A stretch of 64,000 nucleotides of DNA from a virus. Its lineage: Duplodnaviria; Caudoviricetes. Position numbers and translations under genes: made by a program. The stretch is from IMG/VR virus record IMGVR_UViG_2700988937_000001, positions 6,507 to 70,506 of that record. One strand, given 5' to 3'. Shown here in pieces: positions 47,060 to 56,821 of the stretch. The notes below the pieces were generated by a model that was given only the letters and a program-made list of their open reading frames with translations, was not told where the DNA came from and made no database searches. The first letter of the stretch is position 1. Every line of letters begins with the position of its first letter.

Positions 47060-48278
47060 ACTTCCGATTCTTCGCCAGTCCGAACGTGGGGATTTCAAAA
47101 TGTGCCCCGCTAAGTGGAACTGGCGCTGGAATGAATGGTTGGTGCCCAAGATGCGCCGGTTTGACGCACGTTGGTTCGGCACCATGTGGCACCTGCTGTG
47201 GGCCACGGTGTACACCCCTCCCGAAGGGGCCGATGGTTTCACCAGAGCGATCACGAAACCTGAAGAGATACACCAACTTTGGGACGAGCTGGTAGGAAAC
47301 ATTTACACCACCGTATCTGGTGTTCCCCAGTGGTCTGAAGATGACGAGCTAGAATGGAATGACGCAAGAGCGTTGGGACACATCATGATTGATGGCCAGC
47401 TCAAGGAATGGAATCTTGATCCTCAGTGGGAAGTTCTTGGCCCTGAGCACCGATTCTCAGCGAACGTGCCGTACAACAAGTTTCAACTCGAAGCGCTGCG
47501 ACCGGACGACCTCGCACACCTTCCCCCTGGCAAGTTCATCACGCGTCTAGTGGGGACATACGATCTGCCGGTGCGCGACCATACCGATTACCCAACCCCA
47601 CTGTGCAAGGTCGTGGACTGGAAAACCACGAGCCGTCGAGAAAATCTCAAGCAGCTCAATAAAGATGACCAGACCGGAACGTACCTCATTACGGCTGGCT
47701 CATATCTTCGGGCGCAAGGCAAAATCGGCAAAGACGAGAGTATCGACTACATGATCTTCTCGTTCGCCCGAAAAGCTAAGCCCGCCAGCGAGACTAAGCT
47801 GGTGGACGAGCAGGGACGGATTCGCAACAAGCCGCAGAAGAATCATTATCAGTTGGCGCTCAAGCTAACTGATGCTGATATCAAAGGCTTGAAGATCGCT
47901 GATCTGGAAACTATCGCAAAGCGCGCTGGGATCACCGTGTTTGGCGAAGTCTCAAAGAATCAGGGGTCTCCGCTTTTCTGGCGCGATGTTGTGCGGCGCA
48001 ACCAGCACAACCGGCAGCGGCAGCTAGAGCGGATCGCTGACGAGGCAGAGGTCATGGCGAAAATTCGCGCTGGCTCGCTGCCTGTTATCAAGTCCCCTGG
48101 GGACCACTGCAACTGGGGATGCGACTACTCTGATCTGTGTGACATCGATGAGGATGGCGGGGATACCGAGAGCTTCATCAAGGATGTTTACAAAAAAGAA
48201 GATCCTTATGCCGATCATCGTTTGGGAGCGCAGAACTCGAAACGCTCTCTGCTAGAAAGGGAATTGGACAAGCGATGA
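47046..48278 (+). CDS. Cas4/RecB-like PD-(D/E)XK exonuclease
   Basis: S....FK.CP N-terminus, G...H, D...VDWKT, and a C-terminal C..C...C cluster. Confidence 0.85.
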   Translation: MTEIELPILRQSERGDFKMCPAKWNWRWNEWLVPKMRRFDARWFGTMWHLLWATVYTPPEGADGFTRAITKPEEIHQLWDELVGNIYTTVSGVPQWSEDDELEWNDARALGHIMIDGQLKEWNLDPQWEVLGPEHRFSANVPYNKFQLEALRPDDLAHLPPGKFITRLVGTYDLPVRDHTDYPTPLCKVVDWKTTSRRENLKQLNKDDQTGTYLITAGSYLRAQGKIGKDESIDYMIFSFARKAKPASETKLVDEQGRIRNKPQKNHYQLALKLTDADIKGLKIADLETIAKRAGITVFGEVSKNQGSPLFWRDVVRRNQHNRQRQLERIADEAEVMAKIRAGSLPVIKSPGDHCNWGCDYSDLCDIDEDGGDTESFIKDVYKKEDPYADHRLGAQNSKRSLLERELDKR

Positions 48279-48466
48279 ATCCATTTTTCAGATTCGCTGC
48301 GGCATTTGCCATCCTATTCGTTGGATTGTTTCTGTCGGCCATATTCTTTTGGCCGGTTGAGCGTCCTCCTGGATGGTTCTTTGCTCTAGAAGGAATCTTG
48401 ACTTTAGGCGCGACAATCTTTGCGACACTAGGAATTTTGGCTGATGGTGCTGACAACAAACGGTAA
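48275..48466 (+). CDS. Small membrane protein (2 TM)
   Basis: Two hydrophobic segments. Confidence 0.6.
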   Translation: MNPFFRFAAAFAILFVGLFLSAIFFWPVERPPGWFFALEGILTLGATIFATLGILADGADNKR

Positions 48467-48647
48467 AGACCCGAAGACGGTTGTGCGTCCGAGTTCGGAC
48501 TATAACCTCTTCTGCCCATTTTGTGACGACTGGTCAACGAGAGATTCAATGATTGGTCGGAAACGATTGGGGCAGCACATTGTTAATCAACACGACGATG
48601 AAGTGCGTTGGCGGGTAGGGGAAACCCCGCCACCGTTGGAGGACTGA
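48444..48647 (+). CDS. Small C2H2 Zn-finger-like protein
   Basis: CPFC...H...H. Confidence 0.6.
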   Translation: MVLTTNGKDPKTVVRPSSDYNLFCPFCDDWSTRDSMIGRKRLGQHIVNQHDDEVRWRVGETPPPLED

Positions 48648-48943
48648 TGATTGATTTACAGTTAATTTCAAGAACTCATTTCACAAGGTCCAACCAAATT
48701 GCCGATCGCTGGGAATGGTTCTGGGAGAAGGAGACTCCCAGTGGAAGGGTCATATGTGTCAGTGAAGTAGGCTACGATAGCTTGGGCGAGGCATTCGAGT
48801 CCTTCTACTCACGTGAGCCGATTGACGGACTGTGGAAGTATGGGATGCTACCCCCAATAAATTACGCGGTCCAAAAGTTCGCGGAAGACCACTGGGTGAT
48901 TACTCGACATCTCCCAGTAACACAAAAGAATATCGACAACTGA
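48647..48943 (+). CDS. Hypothetical protein
   Basis: GGAGG RBS; TGATG overlap. Confidence 0.6.
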   Translation: MIDLQLISRTHFTRSNQIADRWEWFWEKETPSGRVICVSEVGYDSLGEAFESFYSREPIDGLWKYGMLPPINYAVQKFAEDHWVITRHLPVTQKNIDN

Positions 48944-48986
48944 ATACCAAATAAACCGAGTCACAACATAGTTTAGGAGAAACATC

Positions 48987-50045
48987 GTGGCGACTCGTCC
49001 AAACCGACTCCCGCTCAAGGGGTCAATCAAATACTGGAACATCATGGTGTTTGGTGATCCTGGCGCTGGCAAGACCGTGTTCGCCGGTTCTGACACGAAA
49101 GTTCTTTTCGTAGCACCGGAAAACGATGGTCTGATGAGCGCCGAGCGCATGGGTTCGTCGGCAGAGCACATCGAAATCAAACATTGGCTTGATCTGAAGA
49201 ATGTCTATGAGTGGTATGACGCTCATCCTGACGAGCTGGCAGACACCAATGTTCTTTCGATTGACTCCATCAGCGAAATGCAGCGTCTCGCAAAGGAGTA
49301 CGTGCTCGAAACTGGCAAGGAAGAGAAGATTCGTAAGGGTCGTGATCCTGAAAAGATGGAGATTCAGGACTACGGTCTGATGCACGAACTTCTCGAAAAT
49401 CTTGTCCGTGGCTTCAATGATCTTCCAGTCAATGTCCTTTGGACTGCGACCTCGAAGAAAGTTGAGGACGCTGACAAGAATGAATTCCTGGTCCCTGAAC
49501 TTCAGGGCAAAAAGGAATATGGCGTGGCTATGAAGATGGCTGCGTTGATGACCAGTTACGGTCACATGCGTGTTGAGGTCCATGACGTTGCGATGGAACC
49601 TGACCCCAACGACGAAGAGAAGAAACCGCGCTACAAGAAAGTCAAGCGGCGCGTGATCTACTGGGAGGATTCGGGAACCATTCGTGGAAAAGATCGCACG
49701 ATGGCCCTGGCTCCGTTTACGGTCAATGCGACTCTTCAACAAGTTCGCTTGGCAATCGCTGGAAAGATGAAGCGAAATGCGGAAGGCTTCATCGTTAAGG
49801 TTGACGCTCAAAAAGCTTCTGCCCCAGTGAAAAAGGCTACGCCTCCGGTGAAAAAGGCTGCCCCGCAGACTAGCCCACAACCGGAAAAGGCGGTAGAGTC
49901 GAAGGAAACCCCGGACGACACCAAGCCTGTCACAGAGGCTACGGAGGTAACTCAAGTGCCCAATGTCACTGTGGCTGAAGGAAAGCCCGAAGAGAAAAAG
50001 GAGGATGCAGTCAAAGAACTCGATCTGGACGCCGTACAAGCGTAA
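48987..50045 (+). CDS. AAA ATPase, Sak4/RecA-like recombinase
   Basis: GDPGAGKT Walker A and IDSIS Walker B; lies between the nuclease and SSB-like genes. Confidence 0.85.
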   Translation: MATRPNRLPLKGSIKYWNIMVFGDPGAGKTVFAGSDTKVLFVAPENDGLMSAERMGSSAEHIEIKHWLDLKNVYEWYDAHPDELADTNVLSIDSISEMQRLAKEYVLETGKEEKIRKGRDPEKMEIQDYGLMHELLENLVRGFNDLPVNVLWTATSKKVEDADKNEFLVPELQGKKEYGVAMKMAALMTSYGHMRVEVHDVAMEPDPNDEEKKPRYKKVKRRVIYWEDSGTIRGKDRTMALAPFTVNATLQQVRLAIAGKMKRNAEGFIVKVDAQKASAPVKKATPPVKKAAPQTSPQPEKAVESKETPDDTKPVTEATEVTQVPNVTVAEGKPEEKKEDAVKELDLDAVQA

Positions 50046-50108
50046 CTACGCCAACAACAAAACAAACAAAATCAGTAGCTTAGAAGCTCGGAAGTAAGGA
50101 CAAGAAAA

Positions 50109-50795
50109 ATGGCAAAGTTCAACCTTGGAATCAACCTTGGAGACTCCGGTGTGGCACAGGCTCGTGAAGCCTGGTCGGGTGAATTGCCTCCCACCGGCTC
50201 CTACGATGGCGTTCTCAAGGTGATTTCCATCGGCGAAATCGGCCCCGAGGCAAAGAATGCGGGCAAGCCGAAGTTGTCGATTGGCGTGGAACTTCGTGCT
50301 CGTGAAAAAGGTTCTCCTAACAAGAAGTACGACGGTTTCATTGCGTGGGGAAATCTGAACCTGATCGAATCGGCTGCTCCGTTCATCAATCAGTTCCTTT
50401 TGGCTCTGACCGATGGATCGGATGAATCCCTGGCAAAGATTCAGCACGATTTCGAAAACAACATGCAGGTCGATGAGCGTAAGAAGCACGTTCTGAAGAT
50501 CGGCAAGTTGAACATCAATTCGCCCGAAGGCGAAACCCCGATCAAGGTTTCGCTGAAGAACACCCCGTTTACCAACTCTCGAACGAACGTGACTACGCAA
50601 CGCGTGGAAATCGCTTCGTATCTTCTGCGCGACGACGCAGAGGTTTACGGTGGCGGCGTGACCACGGGTCCGACTGAAGAGGTCATCGAAGAGGAAACTC
50701 CGGTTACGGTTGACCTCGAAGATGAGGGTGAAGTCTACGAGGGCGAATTCGAAGAATCCGCTGAACCGGAAGATGCTGAGTCACTTCTGGACTAA
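50109..50795 (+). CDS. ssDNA-binding protein-like (DUF669-like)
   Basis: P.G.Y motif, acidic C-terminal tail, synteny after the Sak4-like gene. Confidence 0.65.
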   Translation: MAKFNLGINLGDSGVAQAREAWSGELPPTGSYDGVLKVISIGEIGPEAKNAGKPKLSIGVELRAREKGSPNKKYDGFIAWGNLNLIESAAPFINQFLLALTDGSDESLAKIQHDFENNMQVDERKKHVLKIGKLNINSPEGETPIKVSLKNTPFTNSRTNVTTQRVEIASYLLRDDAEVYGGGVTTGPTEEVIEEETPVTVDLEDEGEVYEGEFEESAEPEDAESLLD

Positions 50796-50803
50796 GTAAG
50801 ACC

Positions 50804-50850
50804 GGATAGGGGTCAGAGACCGACTGGCATCTTTTCTCTGGCCCCTATCC
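50804..50850. terminator. Hairpin upstream of the tRNA
   Basis: GGATAGGGGTCAGAG / CTCTGGCCCCTATCC. Confidence 0.55.
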
Positions 50851-50853
50851 TTA

Positions 50854-50925
50854 TGCCTCATGGTGTAATTGGCAGCACGAGTGGTTTTGGTCCACTTAGT
50901 TCAGGTTCGAGTCCTGGTGAGGCAG
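50854..50925 (+). tRNA. trnQ: tRNA-Gln(UUG)
   Basis: Acceptor TGCCTCA/TGAGGCA; anticodon arm AGTGG-TTTTGGT-CCACT with TTG at 50887-50889; T-loop GTTCGAG; CCA is not encoded. Confidence 0.93.
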
Positions 50926-50926
50926 C

Positions 50927-51169
50927 GTGGACGTTTATTTGGTAAGTGTCGAAGACACCGTAATACAAATGCGTGACTACGCAGTACTCGCGAAAGATGA
51001 AGAGGATGCGAAGAATCGGATTGCACGCGGTGAGTTTTTGACCGAAAGTGAAGCATCGACAATCGACAACGTGGGGCCGTCCCGCGTGACAACAATAATG
51101 AAAGTTGAGGAAACAAATGCAGGCTCACGAAACGGATCAGTCGCCGAAATTCAACCCAACCAAGCCTGA
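50927..51169 (+). CDS. Hypothetical protein
   Basis: ORF immediately after the tRNA; start uncertain. Confidence 0.5.
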   Translation: MDVYLVSVEDTVIQMRDYAVLAKDEEDAKNRIARGEFLTESEASTIDNVGPSRVTTIMKVEETNAGSRNGSVAEIQPNQA

Positions 51170-51416
51170 TGGCGTGAAACCTCAAGCGGAGGATTCCGAA
51201 ATCTCGGCTGTGCTCGTTTCTGGCGAGTGGATTCCGATTGTTCCTGGCAGCTTCAAATACTATGTGTCTCAGCCAAATCCGAATGACAGGGCTAAGATGA
51301 TCCCGTATATCCAGTTCGACGTGGAGCCTAACCCGGCTTTCGGTGCTCTGGCGGGTACTCGGATCGAAGTTTTCCCTCAGTCAGTCGGTGGCTACGCTTA
51401 CAAGGTTGGAGTGTGA
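51117..51416 (+). CDS. Hypothetical protein
   Basis: GAGG RBS. Confidence 0.65.
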   Translation: MQAHETDQSPKFNPTKPDGVKPQAEDSEISAVLVSGEWIPIVPGSFKYYVSQPNPNDRAKMIPYIQFDVEPNPAFGALAGTRIEVFPQSVGGYAYKVGV

Positions 51417-51417
51417 C

Positions 51418-51759
51418 ATGGCGAACATGGCAAAAACCCATCTCATCATTGCGTTTAACGATGAAGATCGTAAGTTGCTATCGGGACTTATCGAAAAGCT
51501 CTCAGCGCCAACAACTGTCATCAACAACTCAGTTCCTGAAAATGATACCCGGCCCAATGAGGCCGGTTTTCATCTTTTGGTAGGAACCCTTTCGATGATC
51601 GGTTCAGAGCTAAACGAGATTCTTGACGATCCTGAGAAAGATATGTTCCTGAGAGCCAAGGCTTTACGCGAGCTGGGAAACAAAATCGATCAGATCAAGA
51701 TGAACTCTCTGAATAAAATCGAAGAGATGAAAAAGGAGCGAGAGAGTGACGGAAGCTGA
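51418..51759 (+). CDS. Hypothetical protein
   Basis: GGAG RBS. Confidence 0.65.
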   Translation: MANMAKTHLIIAFNDEDRKLLSGLIEKLSAPTTVINNSVPENDTRPNEAGFHLLVGTLSMIGSELNEILDDPEKDMFLRAKALRELGNKIDQIKMNSLNKIEEMKKERESDGS

Positions 51760-54700
51760 TGTTAAGCCTTCTATGGAATTCGTATCGTTTCATACTCATA
51801 CTACGTATTCGTACGCTGACGGCTTTGGATCAGTTGAAGAACACGTTAAGCGTGTCGCTAGTCTCGGTATGCGTGCGCTTGCTCTTTCAGAGCATGGCAA
51901 TGTTAATTCGCACGCAGCACTTGAACGTTACTGCCTTGAACATGGCATTAAGCCGATATTCGGACTTGAAGCGTACTTCGGCCCAGTCGGAGATGCAAAG
52001 ACGCGACAGAAAACACACCTGACAATCTTTGCGATGAACGAGATTGGGTACGGAAACCTCAATCGCATTGTTACGCAAAGCTATCTGGACGCCTATCAAT
52101 GGCCGACAGTATCTCCAGAAAGTCTGAAGAAACATAATGAAGGTCTTTTGGTTTTATCGGGATGCTCAGATTCTCTCATATCATGCACACTGCTGGGTGG
52201 TAAATTCCTTGGTCCCAAGAGAGACGATAACTTGGTCGTCCCAGACGCCCGAAGCAAAGCTGATCGGCGCTTACAATGGTTTTTGGATGTTTTTGGTCCC
52301 GAAAGATTTTTCCTGGAAGTTCAGAGATTTCCTAAGCTTGGCCGTACTTGTGCGCTCAATGAAACATTCGCACAACTTGGCGCAGAGCATGGAATTTCCC
52401 TTGTTGCAACGGCTGACGTCCATTATCCCTTCCCTACAGACAACAAGATGCAAGCAATTCTTCATGCGGCTCGTTGGAAATCTAGTCCTGACCTACAGGC
52501 CGAAACTGCTTGGGAATATCAGGCAAACCTTTCTTACCCCGAATCCGACGAGGAAATCATAAATGATCTGGTATCAACAGGACTCACTCGTGAGCAAGCC
52601 GAACTCTCAGTACGACAAACTTCAATTCTGGCTGAACGCTGCACTGTCGAACTCCCCAAGGCGCGTCCTCTCCGCGTTAACCTGCACGGCGAGGAAAACG
52701 CCGAATCCCTTCTTAAGAAACGAATCAACGAAGGGTGGAAGAAGCGGGTTTCGCAGCGACCTGATCTTGCTGGACGAAGCAAAGAATATGCTGCCAGAAT
52801 CAGAACAGAGCTCGATGTAATCGGGCCAAAAGATTTCAGCGATTACTTTCTTGCTACTGCCGAACTCGTATCTTTAGCTAAACAGGATAATGTCACTGTT
52901 GGCCCTGGACGCGGCTCTGCTGCTGGCTCTCTCGTTTGTTACATCTTGGGGATTACTGAAATCGATCCTCTGCACCCCACTTTCCAACGTATGATCTTCG
53001 AGCGATTCATCGATAAGAATCGTTCTGATATGCCAGACATTGATCTGGACTTTGATGATGAACTCCGCTGGAAAATTCCGGCACACGCCAGGAAGATTTA
53101 TGGAAATGAAAACGTCGCCAACGTCGCAAACCACATCACCTACAAAGGCAAAAACACGCTCAACGACATTGCCAGGGCTTACGGCTTCGCACAGAAAACT
53201 TTCGACGCCATTGCTAAAAGATGTCCAGATCGGGTGGAAACCGACACTCGACTTGGAAATGCAATTCTCGATGTTGTCACGGCGTATAAGCATCATCCTG
53301 AAATTTCGAAGCTGTTGGATACATACGGTGATGCTATTGAGGAAGCAATCAAACTCGAGGGAAACCAGCATTCGATGGGAATTCATGCTGGCGGGTTCGT
53401 TATTGCTTCGGACCCTATTCCAGAAGTGTGCCCGATTTATACGAAATACAAGGGACAAGGAAAGAAACGCGAACTAGCCCAAATCATTCCGTACGAAAAA
53501 CGAGATGCAGAACATCTCGGAATGCTCAAGATGGACTTTCTCGGTCTGTCAACAATGGGCATGATCGGGAAGATTCGTGGTTGGCTTCGGATGCCCTTGG
53601 ATGAGCTGTATTCGCTGTACTACAAAGACTATTCCAGTGGTGGAAAAGAAAATGAGCGAGTCCTCGAAGAATTCAGAAACGACAACCTCACCGGAATCTT
53701 TCAGTACGAAGGCGGAACTACGCGAGAAGTGGTGCGCAATGTGCGACCTGATAATTTCGATGAACTCGCCGCTTGCAACGCCTTGTCTCGCCCCGGCCCT
53801 TTGTACGGTGGACAAACACGTAAATACATCGCGGTAAAACGCGGGGAAGAAGATTGGGAGCGTGTACACCCTACAGGTTTTGATAGACATGTCGAATGGA
53901 CTTACGGTCAAATTGTCTACCAGGAACAGATCATGTGGATTCTTCGTGACCTGGCTGGATTTAGTACAGAACGAGTCCTTAAGGTTCGTAAAATCATTGG
54001 AAAGAAGCTTGGAGAATTTCAGTTCGCAGCTCTCTGGGAAGAGTTCAGAGATGGATGCGGAAATAATGGAGTATCAGAAGAAGCTGCTGAGAGAGTTTGG
54101 TCTGCAATCACAACTGCTGCCGGATACGCGTTCAACACATCCCACGCATACAGCTATGCTCTCGTCGCCTGGTGGTCTATGTATTTCAAAATCCATAACA
54201 CCAAGGAATTCTTCGCAGGAGCATTAGCGAAAAACGGAGACGGCAAGAAAGAGATTCCTCGTCGTACGTATCTTCTCCAAGATGCGATCAAAAATAACGT
54301 CAATATTTCACCTTTTGACCCAAATGTCATGGGCTACACGTGGACACCGGCAGCAGATAGTACCCGGCGCATCGTTCCTGGCTTCGTGCAGCTCCCTGAC
54401 TGTGGAGCGACCACGGCCAGCGATATCGTGGCGTGGCGCGATACAGTTCGAATGCCCAAGACTGAGTGGTGGCACCTGATCAATGTCAAGGGCATCGGGG
54501 AAAGCACAATTGTCAAGTGGGTGGATTTTATTTGTCAGGATGATCCGTTAGGAATCTTCAAGACTCATCATCAACTTCAGCTATTCCGTAAACAAGTTGA
54601 TAATGGAGAGTTTGACGGAACCGGTCTTCCTGACAGTGTTGATTTTGTATATGGTGAAATCCCGGATCAAACTGCTTGGGTTGCCTGGGTGGGGCTTGTA

Positions 54701-55006
54701 AGAAACATCGCTTACAAAGACCTGATTGAAGAGCGTCGTAAGAAAACTGGAAAATCCATTGAGCAAATCAAAGCTGACATGGAAGCTGAGGGACAAGACC
54801 CTGAGCAGAACAAGAAAGCGACGATTTACGCTTACGACGAATATGACGAGATGTCACTCCGCTTTTCGCCGTATACTTACACTCAGCTCGCCCCTCGTAT
54901 TGAGGCCATCACCGAGGATCACCATTTGGTCGTTGTATGGGGACGAACTTTCGAAGGGCGAAAAGGAATCCAAGTAAGAAATCTGTGGGTACTCGATCCG
55001 GAATAG
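51746..55006 (+). CDS. dnaE: DNA polymerase III alpha subunit (DnaE-like)
   Basis: PHP motif HTHTTYS; GRGSAAGSL, PDIDLDF, KMDFLGL and YAFN.SHA motifs. Confidence 0.96.
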   Translation: MTEADVKPSMEFVSFHTHTTYSYADGFGSVEEHVKRVASLGMRALALSEHGNVNSHAALERYCLEHGIKPIFGLEAYFGPVGDAKTRQKTHLTIFAMNEIGYGNLNRIVTQSYLDAYQWPTVSPESLKKHNEGLLVLSGCSDSLISCTLLGGKFLGPKRDDNLVVPDARSKADRRLQWFLDVFGPERFFLEVQRFPKLGRTCALNETFAQLGAEHGISLVATADVHYPFPTDNKMQAILHAARWKSSPDLQAETAWEYQANLSYPESDEEIINDLVSTGLTREQAELSVRQTSILAERCTVELPKARPLRVNLHGEENAESLLKKRINEGWKKRVSQRPDLAGRSKEYAARIRTELDVIGPKDFSDYFLATAELVSLAKQDNVTVGPGRGSAAGSLVCYILGITEIDPLHPTFQRMIFERFIDKNRSDMPDIDLDFDDELRWKIPAHARKIYGNENVANVANHITYKGKNTLNDIARAYGFAQKTFDAIAKRCPDRVETDTRLGNAILDVVTAYKHHPEISKLLDTYGDAIEEAIKLEGNQHSMGIHAGGFVIASDPIPEVCPIYTKYKGQGKKRELAQIIPYEKRDAEHLGMLKMDFLGLSTMGMIGKIRGWLRMPLDELYSLYYKDYSSGGKENERVLEEFRNDNLTGIFQYEGGTTREVVRNVRPDNFDELAACNALSRPGPLYGGQTRKYIAVKRGEEDWERVHPTGFDRHVEWTYGQIVYQEQIMWILRDLAGFSTERVLKVRKIIGKKLGEFQFAALWEEFRDGCGNNGVSEEAAERVWSAITTAAGYAFNTSHAYSYALVAWWSMYFKIHNTKEFFAGALAKNGDGKKEIPRRTYLLQDAIKNNVNISPFDPNVMGYTWTPAADSTRRIVPGFVQLPDCGATTASDIVAWRDTVRMPKTEWWHLINVKGIGESTIVKWVDFICQDDPLGIFKTHHQLQLFRKQVDNGEFDGTGLPDSVDFVYGEIPDQTAWVAWVGLVRNIAYKDLIEERRKKTGKSIEQIKADMEAEGQDPEQNKKATIYAYDEYDEMSLRFSPYTYTQLAPRIEAITEDHHLVVVWGRTFEGRKGIQVRNLWVLDPE

Positions 55007-55014
55007 GAGAAACC

Positions 55015-55470
55015 ATGTCCAAGCCAGGAATCAACTTTGAAGGTCTCAAGGAAAATCTTCGCAAGGCCGCAGAAGAACAGCGGAAAAATCGCGATCAACC
55101 CGCCACGGAGGGGGAGGATCTTAATCTTTTGCCGTTTCCTGTCACCCAAGAAATCTGTGCCAAGTGGATTCATTGGAAGTGGGAACCGTGCGGGGACGTT
55201 AACGTTTGGGGAATCCTTTACACCAAGGATTATGAAGACGACGGTACCGTTCATAAGAAGGGAGACTATGAAGTTCAGTTCTCTCCGAAGAACATTGCGT
55301 CGATCCGTTCTTTTTCTCAAGAGCACGCCAAGGCTATCGGCCACGCGCTGATGTCGGCGGCGAACTGGAAAAACGTGTGGAAGGAACACGCCGGAAAATT
55401 CCTCGAAATGTCTTTGATGGGTGAAGACGAAGATGGCGATGGCAAAGATGGCGATGGCAAAGATGAATAG
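55015..55470 (+). CDS. Hypothetical protein
   Basis: AGGAG RBS. Confidence 0.7.
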   Translation: MSKPGINFEGLKENLRKAAEEQRKNRDQPATEGEDLNLLPFPVTQEICAKWIHWKWEPCGDVNVWGILYTKDYEDDGTVHKKGDYEVQFSPKNIASIRSFSQEHAKAIGHALMSAANWKNVWKEHAGKFLEMSLMGEDEDGDGKDGDGKDE

Positions 55471-56161
55471 AACTTGTTACGTCGTCGCATTCGATCCAGG
55501 GGAGAGCACAGGTTACTGTGCTCTTTCCATTTATGCCGATGTGCTTCTGGACCCAACAGCACGCCTGCACAAGCATGTGTGTATTGAGGACGCGGGGACA
55601 ATCAACTGTGCGGCTCCCGATGGCCATGCACTAGGGGCCAACAAGCACGCCGGTCTTAACATTTTCGGCGAAAACGAAGGTATCTCAAAGATGCTGGAAG
55701 TCGTAGAGAATTTTAAGACCGCTGCGATTGTTGTTGAAGATTTCATTCCTGACATGCGGCGCATGGATCAGGCACGCCACACCCTATCCCCCGTACGCCT
55801 GATGGCGGGGTTTTCGTATGGATTTTTCGAGAACTGGCAAAAGTGGGGAATGTGGGAAGGTCTCGGCCTTGCTGAAGAACGAATCTTCATTCAGGACAGG
55901 GCAAATCCAAAAACTACGTGTACCAACGAAAGATTAAAAGAGTGGGGGCTGGACCTCAAAGGGGAAACCAGACACGCTCGTGATGCCATGCGTCATGCTC
56001 TCTACTTTCTACGCCTGTGTCATAATTTGTCGAATCAAACCGAGAAGGCCGCTGAGAAAAGGCATTTGGCGTGGCCTCATTATTTCGTCGATCCTGTTGC
56101 GGGCGGCTATGTTAAGCCTGTACGAGTGCGTAAGCCACGTCCCCCTGGCGAGGTCATTTAA
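55463..56161 (+). CDS. RuvC-like Holliday junction resolvase
   Basis: AFDPGESTG, IVVEDF and HARDA motifs. Confidence 0.8.
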   Translation: MNRTCYVVAFDPGESTGYCALSIYADVLLDPTARLHKHVCIEDAGTINCAAPDGHALGANKHAGLNIFGENEGISKMLEVVENFKTAAIVVEDFIPDMRRMDQARHTLSPVRLMAGFSYGFFENWQKWGMWEGLGLAEERIFIQDRANPKTTCTNERLKEWGLDLKGETRHARDAMRHALYFLRLCHNLSNQTEKAAEKRHLAWPHYFVDPVAGGYVKPVRVRKPRPPGEVI

Positions 56162-56187
56162 GGCTCTGAGATGGCTCGTCATTTAGG

Positions 56188-56216
56188 TTGAATGTGGACT
56201 AGTCCACTGATAGGCT
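56188..56216 (+). promoter_or_regulatory. Promoter (TTGAAT-N17-TAGGCT) with the perfect palindrome GTGGACTAGTCCAC in its spacer
   Basis: Seen directly, upstream of the RHH gene. Confidence 0.7.
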
Positions 56217-56236
56217 GAATACAGGAAGGAGGGAGA

Positions 56237-56422
56237 GTGAAACTGCCAAGTGACCCAACAGAAATTAAATCTGTTCATGTCAAAACGTATGTGGAGCCGA
56301 GTGTTTCAAGTGCAATTGAGTCTTTTCGCAAGAAACATCATCATGATTCAACAAGTTCCGCTGTGCGTGATCTAGTAATTCGGGCTTTGGAAGAAGTCGA
56401 ACGAATCACTTCTAAGACGTGA
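56237..56422 (+). CDS. Ribbon-helix-helix DNA-binding protein
   Basis: Alternating beta strand VHVKTYV, then a helix, then the S.SSAVR.LV..AL helix. Confidence 0.7.
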   Translation: MKLPSDPTEIKSVHVKTYVEPSVSSAIESFRKKHHHDSTSSAVRDLVIRALEEVERITSKT

Positions 56423-56793
56423 ACGGCGCTGGGGCCGTCGTTATGGGCGGTCTGTTGCTCATCTTCATCGTTATCGCTCAGACAGCGAAATGGTCAGGAA
56501 AACGAAAGGACGCAAAAGATGCTGAGGCGATTGCGAAAGATCCGCACCGCTATATCGCGGAAAGTTTCGGAGATGGCTTCTTCCGTGATTTTTACCGTGG
56601 GGCTATTAGTGTGGACAATGCTATCGACCGCGCCACCCGATCTAAGGAACCTGCCCCATTTGTAAGTCATTGTGAGTGTCCTGATTGCAATTACTTTGGG
56701 CTGCACCACATCCACAAATTCACAGGAAGATACGTTATCCGTCAGTGCGTAGACAGCACGTGCAAAAAGAAGTGGAAGCAACTGCGATGGTGA
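56419..56793 (+). CDS. Membrane-anchored Zn-ribbon protein
   Basis: N-terminal TM; CPDC ... C..C..W motif. Confidence 0.65.
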   Translation: MNGAGAVVMGGLLLIFIVIAQTAKWSGKRKDAKDAEAIAKDPHRYIAESFGDGFFRDFYRGAISVDNAIDRATRSKEPAPFVSHCECPDCNYFGLHHIHKFTGRYVIRQCVDSTCKKKWKQLRW

Positions 56794-56821
56794 ATAATAA
56801 TGAAGGGAGGGTTGTGTTGGC

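Noticed and set aside
47046-48278. Cas4-like gene as part of a CRISPR system
   Set aside because: No cas1/cas2 or array is present. Its context (Sak4-like ATPase, SSB-like gene) fits a phage recombination module.
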